Source: Trueperaceae bacterium (GTDB taxonomy: Bacteria; Deinococcota; Deinococci; Deinococcales; Trueperaceae). From it: a DNA stretch of 64,000 nucleotides. Under the pieces are notes generated by a model. The model did not search any database, had not been told where the DNA came from, and worked only from the letters and a program-made list of their open reading frames with translations. The stretch covers positions 1 through 64,000 of the forward strand of contig JBBDRK010000072.1 of NCBI GenBank assembly GCA_040905465.1. Direction: 5' to 3'. Of this stretch, positions 30,220 through 39,203 are shown one piece after another (the stretch's first letter is position 1; each line of letters opens with the position of its first letter). The translations under genes were made by a program, and so were the position numbers.

Positions 30220-30403
30220 CCTGACTTTCAGGACATCGAGAAGTGGGAGCAGGACATCGCTCGGCACCAACGATTGTTCGCTAAATTAAAGGCGAGACTT
30301 CCCGGGAGGAGGGGGATGAGCGACAGGTGGATGGACTCCCTCCCAGAGGATGAGGATGAAGACGAAGAGGTACACGCCTGAGCCCCCGTGATCCTGGAGG
30401 CGG
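30220..30403 (+). pseudogene. Decayed and internally deleted copy of the gene pair at 31477-31937
   Basis: DIEKWEQDIARHQR..KLKARLPGRR matches gene 1, and DRWMDSLPEDEDEDEEVHA matches the end of gene 2. 30339-30403 is identical to 31895-31959. Confidence 0.8.
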
Positions 30404-30742
30404 TAGTCCGCCGATTACCGGCAGAGATTTCCGCTTTCACGAGTGAGATCCCTGGATCCGAGACGTCAAAGTCCGTCGCCCCCGGCGGTAGCCCAAGCTG
30501 AGGCAAGCGTCGGGCTGTTGCCGACGGATACAACGGTCATCGGGTTGCCCCATTAGGATAGAGGCACGATGTGGAGCCCTGACTGCGCGAGCTGGTACGA
30601 GTGCTACGTACTGCCGCTCTGGGCAGCGCGGCCGGCATCGTGTGACGTGCTGATCGTCTAGATCTCCCTGAACGTTCACGAGTTGCAATCGGGATGCTCT
30701 TTCGTCCCGGCAATCCTCTCGTTTTAGCCAGGGAGATCAATC

Positions 30743-31369
30743 ATGGTCAACGCCGTTCTGAACGGTTTCATACTCGGATTCATATCGTCTCCGACCTGCC
30801 CAAGCAACGCCGAGGAGGCCCGCTGGGGCAGCCGGTACGGCCTTGGCGCCGCGCTCCTGGTGGGTGCCGGCGCCATTGCCGGAGACGCTGTAGTACTGCT
30901 GTTCACGTTGCTCGGGCTCTACCCATTGCTGCTGGCATTTCCGAGTCTCGAAAGGGTCTTGTGGCTCGCGGGTTCATTTGTCCTCGGATATCTGGCTTGG
31001 GGGATGCTGCGGGAAGCGCGGCAGCCGGACCCGGCAGCAGACGAGCTCGACGCCGCCGCGTCGCCACGGCTAGGCTTGCGACCGTTTTTCAGGGGCCTGC
31101 TGATCACCGCTCTGAACCCGTTCACGTTCGCCTGGTGGATCGGTCTGCTGGGCGTCTCGTCGCTTTCGTCCGGAGACCTCCCCATCCTCTTCGCCGGGGC
31201 GGTACTCGCAGGTTCGCTGGCGTGGTTCGTCGGCCTGGCAGGGCTTCTGCACTTTAGTCGCGGGAAAATCTCGGAAGGTGCACGTCGTTGGATGCTTGTC
31301 GTTGGCGCCCTGGTGATGTTCGGTTACGCCAGCTGGCTGGCAGTCGAGGGACTGACGGTGAGCTTATGA
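30743..31369 (+). CDS. LysE family translocator
   Basis: About 6 TM segments, GLLITALNPFTFAWW, and SD ggag. Confidence 0.85.
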   Translation: MVNAVLNGFILGFISSPTCPSNAEEARWGSRYGLGAALLVGAGAIAGDAVVLLFTLLGLYPLLLAFPSLERVLWLAGSFVLGYLAWGMLREARQPDPAADELDAAASPRLGLRPFFRGLLITALNPFTFAWWIGLLGVSSLSSGDLPILFAGAVLAGSLAWFVGLAGLLHFSRGKISEGARRWMLVVGALVMFGYASWLAVEGLTVSL

Positions 31370-31476
31370 GCCGCCGTCGGCGAAAAGGTGGATGAGGGGA
31401 TGGGCGGCAGCGGTCTCAATATCGTCAACTACCGCCTCGAGCCCCCTCGGACTAGCTAAGGTTCGAACAATGCTGT

Positions 31477-31674
31477 GTGGGCGATAACAAGAAGCTTCGC
31501 AAGCAAATAAGGGCCGAGGTGAGCGTTATCGACGCGCACTTGGACAAGATTGCCAACGAGCTCTTGAATGAGTACCCGAATCGACGTGACATTGTGAAGT
31601 GGGAGAAGGATGTCGCTCGCCATCAAAGAAATTTGTCTAAGCTGACGGCAAGGCTCCCCGGGAGGAGGCGCTAA
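31477..31674 (+). CDS. Small basic helical hypothetical protein (65 aa)
   Basis: ORF translationally coupled (TAATG) to the next gene. Protein-level conservation with the decayed copy at 30220. Confidence 0.7.
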   Translation: MGDNKKLRKQIRAEVSVIDAHLDKIANELLNEYPNRRDIVKWEKDVARHQRNLSKLTARLPGRRR

Positions 31675-31937
31675 TGAGCAGCACAGAACACCTCAACTGG
31701 CTGCTGGAACAAGCGGCCGGCAATGCACGCACTTTCCTCGATGCGTGGGAGAAGCTGAAGAGGGCGGACGCCGACTCTGACGAGCATGTGACGCTCGAGG
31801 GGGAAGTGCTGGCTTGGCTCATGCAGGTAAAGTTCGATGCCGAGGATGTGCACGCCGAGAACGACAGATGGTTAGACTCTCTGCCAGATGACGACCTCCC
31901 AGAGGATGAGGATGAAGACGAAGAGGTACACGCCTGA
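31674..31937 (+). CDS. Small acidic hypothetical protein (87 aa)
   Basis: SD ggaggagg, overlapping start, and a D/E-rich tail. Confidence 0.75.
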   Translation: MSSTEHLNWLLEQAAGNARTFLDAWEKLKRADADSDEHVTLEGEVLAWLMQVKFDAEDVHAENDRWLDSLPDDDLPEDEDEDEEVHA

Positions 31938-32024
31938 GCCCCCGTGATCCTGGAGGCGGCTAGGCCGGTTCGGCCCGGACCCCTTGGCAATGCTCGGTTC
32001 GTTACAACTTCGACGATTGCTGAA

Positions 32025-32053
32025 TTGACACCGTAGGCTAATAACGCTATAGT
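32025..32053 (+). promoter_or_regulatory. sigma70 promoter
   Basis: TTGACA-17bp-TATAGT. Confidence 0.75.
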
Positions 32054-32064
32054 CTTATTCCACT

Positions 32065-33540
32065 ATGGACTCAAAAGGCAAAGGAACCCTGCAGGATCCG
32101 CGCTTCGTGGATCGCGAAAGGGAGCTGAATGAACTGCGTTCGCTCGCCGAACGCGGCGGGCCCGCGCTCGCACTGCTGTACGGACGCCGCCGCGTCGGGA
32201 AAACCTACCTACTCGACCACGCTTGGGCAGGAAAGCGCTCCTTCTACTTCCTCGCCGGCGATACCACGGAGGAACAAAACAAACGCGAACTCCTTAGCGA
32301 GATAACGCCCCTGCTGCAAGACCCGGCTGATGCCGACCCCAGCCTGTTCCCGAGCTGGCGCCACGTGTTCCGCCTTTTCGCCGACCTAGCGTCCAATGAA
32401 CCCTTCGTCGTGATTCTCGACGAGTTCCAGCACCTGCTCAACAAGGAAGAAGACATCGCATCGCAACTAATGGCGGTATGGGACCGGGAAGTGCGCGGAA
32501 GGCCTCTGGTGCTCATCGCCTGCGGCTCCGAGGTCGCGACAATGGAAGAGCTCGGCAGCGGCGCCGGTCCGCTCTACGGCCGTTGGACCTGGGCCGCCCG
32601 CCTCCGTCCGTTCTCATACCTTCACGCCGCCCAAATGACACCCGAGCGGCCAACCCGCGAAAAGATGCTCCTCTACGGCATACTGGGCGGCACCCCCCGC
32701 TTCCTCGCGGCAATTCGTCCGGAGGACGACTTGGCCGAACGGCTGGTCGAGTCGGTGCTGTCGCCCCACGGCGAGGTGAACATTCAACTCGACCGGATCA
32801 TCGAACAGGAAAAGGGGATCCGCGACCCTGCCGAGTACCGGGCCGTCCTCACCGCCATCGCCAACGGGACAACTCTCCTCCCGGAAATCGCCAACGCAAC
32901 TGGACTGCAGGACCGTGCGCATGTGGTACGCCGCGTTGTGGAGATCCTCGAGAACCTCGAACTGGTGTGGCGCGAGCGTAACTTTGATGCAGGCAAGAAG
33001 GCCCCTTATCGTCACCGCATCTCCGACCACGCCGTACGGTTCTGGTACCGATTCGTGTACCCGCACAGGAGTCGACTCGAGACCGGCGATCCCAAGGAGG
33101 TGTGGATGCACCATGTTCAGCCGCACCTCGACGACTACATGGGCAAGGCGTTCGAGAGCATCTGCCGGGAGGCCTACCGGCACCACCATTTCCGCTGGGG
33201 GCTTCCCGACTTCCAACAGTGGGCCCGCTGGGAAGGGCGAGACCGTAACCGCCGAAGCATCGAACTCGACCTCGTGGCGCGCCTCGACGACGACCGAATC
33301 CTGACCGGAGAGTTCAAGTGGTCCTCGAAACCGATTGGCGCGGAGGTACACGGGAAACTCCTTCGCAACCTCGAGGATCTCGGGCGCTCCGGGCAGGCGT
33401 GGGCGCAGGAGGCACTGCCAGGAACGCGTTCGGCGGGTCACCTCTACGTGAGCGCCGCTGGCTTCACCCCCGAACTCCAGCAACTCGCCCGGGCCGACCC
33501 CAACATCAGGCTGCTAAACCTCGACGACCTCTACGAATAG
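32065..33540 (+). CDS. Archaeal-type AAA ATPase (ATPase_2/DUF234) with C-terminal PD-(D/E)XK-like domain
   Basis: FVDRERE, YGRRRVGKT (Walker A), ILDEFQ (Walker B), GGTPRF, FWYRF, and ELDLVA...GEFKW. Confidence 0.88.
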   Translation: MDSKGKGTLQDPRFVDRERELNELRSLAERGGPALALLYGRRRVGKTYLLDHAWAGKRSFYFLAGDTTEEQNKRELLSEITPLLQDPADADPSLFPSWRHVFRLFADLASNEPFVVILDEFQHLLNKEEDIASQLMAVWDREVRGRPLVLIACGSEVATMEELGSGAGPLYGRWTWAARLRPFSYLHAAQMTPERPTREKMLLYGILGGTPRFLAAIRPEDDLAERLVESVLSPHGEVNIQLDRIIEQEKGIRDPAEYRAVLTAIANGTTLLPEIANATGLQDRAHVVRRVVEILENLELVWRERNFDAGKKAPYRHRISDHAVRFWYRFVYPHRSRLETGDPKEVWMHHVQPHLDDYMGKAFESICREAYRHHHFRWGLPDFQQWARWEGRDRNRRSIELDLVARLDDDRILTGEFKWSSKPIGAEVHGKLLRNLEDLGRSGQAWAQEALPGTRSAGHLYVSAAGFTPELQQLARADPNIRLLNLDDLYE

Positions 33541-33617
33541 CAGTGAAGTGGGAGGAGGATGTCGCTTCCGCTCGCCGCGTCCAGCGTACGCGAGTGTCGC
33601 GTGGTGCCTTCCAGCCG

Positions 33618-34739
33618 CTACCCCGCCGGCAGGATCCCCGTCAGCAGGTAGCCGACCAGGTAGCCTGCCCCGGCCACGCCCAGACCCACCACGAACATGT
33701 CGAAGCCGCTGCGAAACCAGTTTCGTCCCGTCAGCCCGCTGCGCGCAGCGCCCACCAGGAAGTGGGCGGTCATCGAAACGACGAACGACACTCCGATCGC
33801 CCAACTACCCCCGCCGAAGAAGAACGGCACGATCGGCACGAGCGCCCCGAAGACGGTGGAAGAGCCGGTAACGAGGCCCTCTCTCAACGGCGAGTCACCC
33901 TCCTCGCCAATACCGAGCTTCTCCTTCGCCAGTTCCTGCAAGGCCACCTCGGGGTCGCCCATCACCCGAGATGCCGCCGTGTCTGCTTCGTCGCGAGACA
34001 ACCCGCGGTCCTGGTAGACGTCGGCAAGGTAGGCCCGCTCCCGCTCCGGCCAGAGCAGCAGTTCGGCACGCTGGGTGTTGAGTTCGTTGGCGTCCACTTC
34101 GCGTTGGCTCTGCGCGGCGAGGTAGCCGCTCGCCGCCATCGAGAACGCCGACGCCACCAGGCCGGAGAAGCCGGTCAGCAGCACGATGTCGCGGCCGACG
34201 GCGGCTCCGATCACCCCGGCGATGAGCCCGAAGTTGGCGGTCAGGCCGTCGTTGAAGCCGTAGACGACGTTGCGAACCGTGCCCCCCGACTCGTTGTGAT
34301 GCCACGGGTCGGATCGAATCCCGGTGAGGCGTCCGAGCGTCTGGGCGTGAGCGGCCGACTCGTGCGCCAGCTCTCGCATCCAGGGCTCGTCCACGCCGGT
34401 CTGCGCCAGCCGCAGGAAGCGACCTACCTCCCTGCCCTCTTCCAGGCGCAACAGGGCGAGTACCAGCCGGGTTCCCAGAAAGCGCGAAACGCTCACCAGG
34501 AACCGTGCCCGCAGGCTCGGGTTGAACGACGGAGCTTCATCAAGGAGTTGCTCGAACCTCCGGCGGTGGCCGGTTTCTTCGCGGGCGAGCCGTTCCAGCA
34601 CGCCTCGTATGGCTGGATCCGGCGTGCGGCGAGCGAGCGCTCCGTAGACGAACGCGCTGTCTCCTTCGTCCTGCCAGTGCTCCAGCAGTTCGCTGCGGGT
34701 GACACCTGTGGGCCCGGGCTTTCGTTCCTGAGCTGTCAG
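33618..34739 (-). CDS. VIT1/CCC1 family iron/Mn transporter with ferritin/rubrerythrin-like N-terminus; probable CTG start
   Basis: VYGFNDGLTANFGL and AFSMAASGYL. The frame stays open upstream of GTG 34601 (WQDE...Y.ALA...LA.EE..H). SD gaggaggg lies 7 nt before CTG 34739. Confidence 0.85.
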   Translation of the reverse strand: MTAQERKPGPTGVTRSELLEHWQDEGDSAFVYGALARRTPDPAIRGVLERLAREETGHRRRFEQLLDEAPSFNPSLRARFLVSVSRFLGTRLVLALLRLEEGREVGRFLRLAQTGVDEPWMRELAHESAAHAQTLGRLTGIRSDPWHHNESGGTVRNVVYGFNDGLTANFGLIAGVIGAAVGRDIVLLTGFSGLVASAFSMAASGYLAAQSQREVDANELNTQRAELLLWPERERAYLADVYQDRGLSRDEADTAASRVMGDPEVALQELAKEKLGIGEEGDSPLREGLVTGSSTVFGALVPIVPFFFGGGSWAIGVSFVVSMTAHFLVGAARSGLTGRNWFRSGFDMFVVGLGVAGAGYLVGYLLTGILPAG

Positions 34740-34912
34740 TGCTGGTCCCTCCTCGACAATGGCCGATGACCGGCTGGCGCCGACCTGTTGGCGAGCGTAT
34801 CAGCTTGCCGGGCCGAGCGTCGACGTTGCTTACCGTGCTGCCTGGCGGGGGCGCTTACTGTCGGCTCCCACTTTCACTTTCGATCCGGCCGCCTAACCGC
34901 TAGGGGGAGTCG

Positions 34913-35010
34913 ATGGCCGATCAGACCGGTGCGGTGATCGCCGTGCAGCTTCAAGTCGCGGGGTCTCAGCGGCAGGACGTCGGCAAGGGCGTAGCTCGGA
35001 TGCCGTGCCG
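34913..35010 (+). pseudogene. Possible N-terminal remnant of a CDC48/VAT-family AAA ATPase gene
   Basis: SD ggggag then MADQTGAVIAVQLQVAGSQRQDVGKGVARMP, which resembles the CDC48 N-domain start. The similarity stops at the end of the VOC gene. Confidence 0.45.
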
Positions 35011-35029
35011 GGTCGAGGCGGCCCGAAGC

Positions 35030-35452
35030 TTACTCCGCGACCTCCCACGCCGGATTCCAGGCGATCTCCCAGAGGTGGCCGTCGGGATCCTGGAAGTACC
35101 CGGAGTACCCGCCCCAGAAGCGGCCTCCTGGCGGGTCTGTGACATTCGCGCCGGAGCGCTCTGCCTGACGCACCAGGTCGTCGACCTCCTGCTTGGACTT
35201 CACGTTGTGGCCGATGGCAAACGCCCCGCTGCTCCGTCCGCTCGCTGTTACTTTGGCATCCTTGGCAAGCGCGGCGCGGGGGTAGAGGGCCAGTACCAGG
35301 TCGTCGTTCATCTCGAAGAAGACGACTGCTCCGTCTTCGAACTCGGTTCCGACGATCCCTTTCGTCGGCAGGCCGAGTCCGTCGCGGTAGAATGCGAGCG
35401 ACCGCTCCAGATCCTCGACGCCTAGCGTAATGACCTTGATTCGGGGCCTCAT
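35030..35452 (-). CDS. VOC (glyoxalase/bleomycin resistance) family protein
   Basis: ITLGVEDLERSLAFY and FWGGYSGYFQDPDGHLWEIAWNP. SD ggag and upstream TTGACA at 35517-35512. Confidence 0.93.
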   Translation of the reverse strand: MRPRIKVITLGVEDLERSLAFYRDGLGLPTKGIVGTEFEDGAVVFFEMNDDLVLALYPRAALAKDAKVTASGRSSGAFAIGHNVKSKQEVDDLVRQAERSGANVTDPPGGRFWGGYSGYFQDPDGHLWEIAWNPAWEVAE

Positions 35453-35591
35453 GCTGTCTCCCTTCCGGCGGATACCTTAGATAATAAGTATATAGGCTGA
35501 CTTGCGTTTATTGTCAAAGACGGCAGCCTACTCCTTCTCGGCGCGGGCTCATAGTCTGTAGGCCCGCCCCGGCGTGCTAGACTCCGCAGCC

Positions 35592-36530
35592 ATGAAAACA
35601 CCGCTTGTGGTGCTGGGCGATTATGCCTGGGACGTCCTCATACGTACCAACACGGAGCTGCTCCAAGGCGGCGATACCTACGGCGAAGTGACGCTGTTGC
35701 CGGGGGGCTCGGCAGCCAACGTGGCGGTGTGGGCGCGCCGAGCCGGCCTGGCCACGACGTTCGTGGGCAAGATAGGCCGCGACCGCTTCGGGCAACTGGC
35801 GGTGGAGGAGCTGACCGGAGAGCTGGTGGAGGCGTACCTGCTCCACACCGAGGCGCAGCTCACCGGCTCGGTTGCTGTCTTCGTAGACCACGCTGGAGAG
35901 CGCTCGATGGTCTCGGGACGCGGCGCCGATCATTACCTGCTGCCGTCGGAACTGCCACGTGAAGTCCTCGCCAACACGCGCCACCTCCACCTGACCGCCT
36001 GGTCGTTCTTCGCGGACCCGCCGCGCACGGCCGCCCGCGAGGCGGCCCGCATCGCCAAGGAGGCGGGAGCGACGCTCTCATTCGATCCGGGATCGTTCCA
36101 GATGATCGGCGAGGTCGGCCTGGGAGAGTTTCTGGAGTTCACGCGCGACCTGGGGATCGACGTGCTGCTCCCGAACCATGAGGAGGGGACGGCGCTGACC
36201 GGCGAGCACCAGCCGGAGGCGATAGCCGCGGCCCTGCAGAATCTCTATCCGGGTGCGCTGATAGTTCTCAAACTCGACGCAGACGGTTCCCTGATCGTCG
36301 AAGGCGAACACCTGGAGCACATCCCGCCGGCAACCGATCGGCTGGTCGATGCCACCGGAGCCGGAGACTCGTACGCTGGAGTGTTCCTGGCCCGCTACCT
36401 GCGCGGTTGCAGGGCCGCCGACGCCGCTCGCTTCGCCACCAGGGTCTCGGCCTGGACGATCCAGGAACTCGGGGCACGGCCCGAGCCCGACGCCGGGCTG
36501 CGCTCGCTCCTGGCGGAGGAGCTCGGTTAG
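35592..36530 (+). CDS. PfkB family carbohydrate kinase
   Basis: GGSAANVA, GKIGRDRFG, PNHEE, and DATGAGDSY. Confidence 0.92.
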   Translation: MKTPLVVLGDYAWDVLIRTNTELLQGGDTYGEVTLLPGGSAANVAVWARRAGLATTFVGKIGRDRFGQLAVEELTGELVEAYLLHTEAQLTGSVAVFVDHAGERSMVSGRGADHYLLPSELPREVLANTRHLHLTAWSFFADPPRTAAREAARIAKEAGATLSFDPGSFQMIGEVGLGEFLEFTRDLGIDVLLPNHEEGTALTGEHQPEAIAAALQNLYPGALIVLKLDADGSLIVEGEHLEHIPPATDRLVDATGAGDSYAGVFLARYLRGCRAADAARFATRVSAWTIQELGARPEPDAGLRSLLAEELG

Positions 36531-36618
36531 CCTGCCCGGCGGGCCGCCCTCCCGGCCCGCGAACGCACGAGCGGGGCGTCAGCCTGCGATCGAGAGCCGA
36601 CGAGCGGGAGTGGACCGC

Positions 36619-37638
36619 TCAACTCCGCTGGCCGCAAATCGCGCGCCAGGCGGTGAGGAGCTCGCGTTCGCGCTCGGGATCGAGTCCCGCTTTGAGAGCG
36701 CCTCCTTCGCCGCCTGCCGGTTGGCCCGAGCCCACGCTCAGGTACCACTCCAGGGTGTCGCTGATCGTGTCTTCCATCGGTCGAATGTCCAGGCCGGTCG
36801 CGTGAGCGCGTGATCCGTCGATCCGCAAGAAGTTCGCCCTCTCGCCGGGGATCCACAGCGGCTGGTCGACGAACGGCCTGACCTCGTGGTCGAGCAGGAA
36901 CTCCTCGTCGACCCAGGTCAACCGGGCGTCGGAACCGGTAATCCGCCGTGACGCTTCCAGCAGCCCGCCGAGGCTGAAGCGATCCACCTGGCTGACCGCG
37001 TTGAAAGTCCCTTGCTCACCACGCTCCAGCCCCCCGATCATCCAACTGGCCAGGTCACGAGCATCGATCCACTGGACGGGCAGCCCGGGGTGATTCGGTG
37101 CCAGCACCTCGCCGCCGCGACCGATCCGCACCGGCCAATAGGTGAAGCGGTCGGTCGGGTCGTCTGGCCCGACCACCAGGCCCGGCCTAACGACCAGCGG
37201 CGGGACCGGGAAGGACCCCACCAGCGCGCGCTCGCACAGGACCTTGAGGCCGCCGTAGGTTTCGCCGGTGATCTCCTCGACGTTCGGGTCTTCCAGCTCG
37301 ACCAGCGGCGCCTCCTCATCCTGGTGAGGTGTCGTTTGGTCAGCGTAGACGCTGATACTAGATACGAAGAGATAGGCGCCGACCCGCCCGGCCAGCGCTT
37401 CGGCGGACGCCCGCACCTGCTTCGGGAGGTAACCGCTGGTGTCGATCACGGCGTCGAACGTCTCGCCTGCCAGGCGTTCCAGGTCGCTGTTTCGGTCCCC
37501 CTGTACGTGCCTCAGGTCGCCTGCCGGGAGCGGCTGGTTGCCGCGGTTGAACAGCGTTACCGAGTGGCCGCGCGCTACCGCTTCCAGCACGGCATGCTTG
37601 CCGACGAACCTGCTGCCGCCGATGAAGAGGAGTTCCAT
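36619..37638 (-). CDS. NAD-dependent epimerase/dehydratase (atypical SDR)
   Basis: IGGSRFVG, FNRG, SSISVY, YGGLK, and RPGLVVGP.D.TDRFTYW. Confidence 0.9.
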   Translation of the reverse strand: MELLFIGGSRFVGKHAVLEAVARGHSVTLFNRGNQPLPAGDLRHVQGDRNSDLERLAGETFDAVIDTSGYLPKQVRASAEALAGRVGAYLFVSSISVYADQTTPHQDEEAPLVELEDPNVEEITGETYGGLKVLCERALVGSFPVPPLVVRPGLVVGPDDPTDRFTYWPVRIGRGGEVLAPNHPGLPVQWIDARDLASWMIGGLERGEQGTFNAVSQVDRFSLGGLLEASRRITGSDARLTWVDEEFLLDHEVRPFVDQPLWIPGERANFLRIDGSRAHATGLDIRPMEDTISDTLEWYLSVGSGQPAGGEGGALKAGLDPERERELLTAWRAICGQRS

Positions 37639-37747
37639 GCCGTCCAGTATGAGGGAAGAGGGCGGCGAGCCGGAGCCGCGGCATGGAATTGCGCCAGGGC
37701 ATCGAGGCGTAGAGCCACTACCCGGAGCCACGACCTGGACCGCCGTC

Positions 37748-37820
37748 CGAAACCTCCGCTCGAAACCGCCGCCCGAAACCTCCGCTCGAAGCCGCCGCCC
37801 GAAACCGCCGCCAGGTTTCG
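37748..37820. repeat. 5 x 13-bp intergenic tandem repeat (cgaaacc[t/g]ccgc[t/c]) plus inverted half-unit
   Basis: Units at 37748, 37761, 37774, 37787 and 37800, with aggtttcg at 37813-37820. Confidence 0.9.
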
Positions 37821-37873
37821 ACGCAAGGTACCCGAGAGCCGGAGCCGGCACGCGCTGCGAGTACAATCGGTCA

Positions 37874-39175
37874 ATGAAGGGCAATCCGGGGGTGCAAACT
37901 GTCGTTCTGGTGGACGGTTGTCGTCTGCCGTTCCGCCGAGCCGGCGGCGACTATGCGTCCCTTACCGGTTACGACATGGCGCGCAGCGTGCTGGCCGGAA
38001 TGATGAACCGCCACTCCCTTCCGGGTGACGAGGTAGACGCCGTAGTAATGGGCTCGGTGGTCCAGAACCCGCAGACCAGCAACGTCGCGCGCGACGCCGC
38101 GCTCGCCGCCGGCCTGCCGCACGAGACCCCGGCTCACACCGTCACCATGGCCTGCATCTCCGCGAACCGGGCAATCGCCGACGCCGCTTCTGAACTCGCA
38201 GCCGGCCGGGCGGATCTGATCCTGGCCGGAGGCGTAGAGGCGCTTTCGGACGTACCGGTCGGTCTCGGTAAGGGGGCGCGGCAGCGTCTGCTGGCTATGC
38301 GGCGGTCCAAGAGCGCGCGCGACTACCTGGGCCTGCTGCGTGGACTTCGCCCCGGCGACCTCCTGCCCAAGGCCCCGGCAATCGCCGAGTACAGCACCGG
38401 CGAGACGATGGGGCAGAGCGCGGACCGTTTGGCGGCGGCGTTCGGGGTCACCCGCAAGGAACAGGACGACTACGCCTTGCGGTCCCACCGCGCCGCGGCC
38501 GAGGCGACGCGCGCCGGCAAGCTGGCCCCGGAGATGGTACCCACCGCCTTGCCGCCGGACTTCCAGCCACTCGACAGGGACGACACATTTCGTGACGACA
38601 CCAGCGCGGAGAAGTTGGCGGCGTTGCCGCCTGCGTTCGTGAAGCCGCACGGCACCGTAACCGCCGGCAACTCGAGCCCGCTCACCGACGGTGCGGCGGT
38701 CACGCTTCTCGCTTCCGGCAAGCGGGCAGAGGAGTTGGGATTGCCGGTGCGGGCGCTCATCCGTGACTGGCTGTTCGTAGCCCAGGATCCTGGCACCGAA
38801 CTGCTTCTCGGCCCGGCGTTCGCGGTTCCGCGGCTGCTGGAGCGCAATGGTTTGTCGTGGAGCGACCTGGACGTGATCGAAATACACGAGGCGTTCGCCG
38901 GCCAGGTGCTGGCGGTCCTGGCGGCGCTCGGTTCCGACCGATTCGCGCGCGAACGGCTGGGCAGGTCGCAGAGGGTAGCCGACGTGGACCTGGAGCGGGT
39001 GAACCCGTGGGGCGGCTCGCTTTCGCTCGGTCATCCGTTCGGAGCCACCGGCGCCCGCCTGGTGACGACGGCAGCTAACAGGTTGGTGGCCGCAGACGGC
39101 CGGCTGGCTCTGGTGACGGCCTGCGCCGCCGGGGGCCTGGGCCACGCGATGTTGCTGGAGCGCGTCGAGACGTGA
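37874..39175 (+). CDS. fadI: 3-ketoacyl-CoA thiolase (FadI type)
   Basis: TMACISAN, EIHEAFA, GGSLSLGHPFGATG, and TACAAGG. Confidence 0.9.
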   Translation: MKGNPGVQTVVLVDGCRLPFRRAGGDYASLTGYDMARSVLAGMMNRHSLPGDEVDAVVMGSVVQNPQTSNVARDAALAAGLPHETPAHTVTMACISANRAIADAASELAAGRADLILAGGVEALSDVPVGLGKGARQRLLAMRRSKSARDYLGLLRGLRPGDLLPKAPAIAEYSTGETMGQSADRLAAAFGVTRKEQDDYALRSHRAAAEATRAGKLAPEMVPTALPPDFQPLDRDDTFRDDTSAEKLAALPPAFVKPHGTVTAGNSSPLTDGAAVTLLASGKRAEELGLPVRALIRDWLFVAQDPGTELLLGPAFAVPRLLERNGLSWSDLDVIEIHEAFAGQVLAVLAALGSDRFARERLGRSQRVADVDLERVNPWGGSLSLGHPFGATGARLVTTAANRLVAADGRLALVTACAAGGLGHAMLLERVET

Positions 39176-39203
39176 CCGGCGCGATCGATGGGCGTGTCGG
39201 CGA

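Noticed and set aside
30420-30720. Possible gene or RNA between the decayed module and lysE
   Set aside because: Only short conflicting ORFs, with no motif or stable structure seen.
33318-34769. 483-aa plus-strand ORF containing the VKWEEDVA fragment
   Set aside because: It overlaps the ATPase out of frame and is antisense to VIT1. Only the 24-bp fragment is meaningful.
34913-35425. 170-aa ORF as a full gene
   Set aside because: Beyond codon ~33 it is the antisense of the VOC gene.
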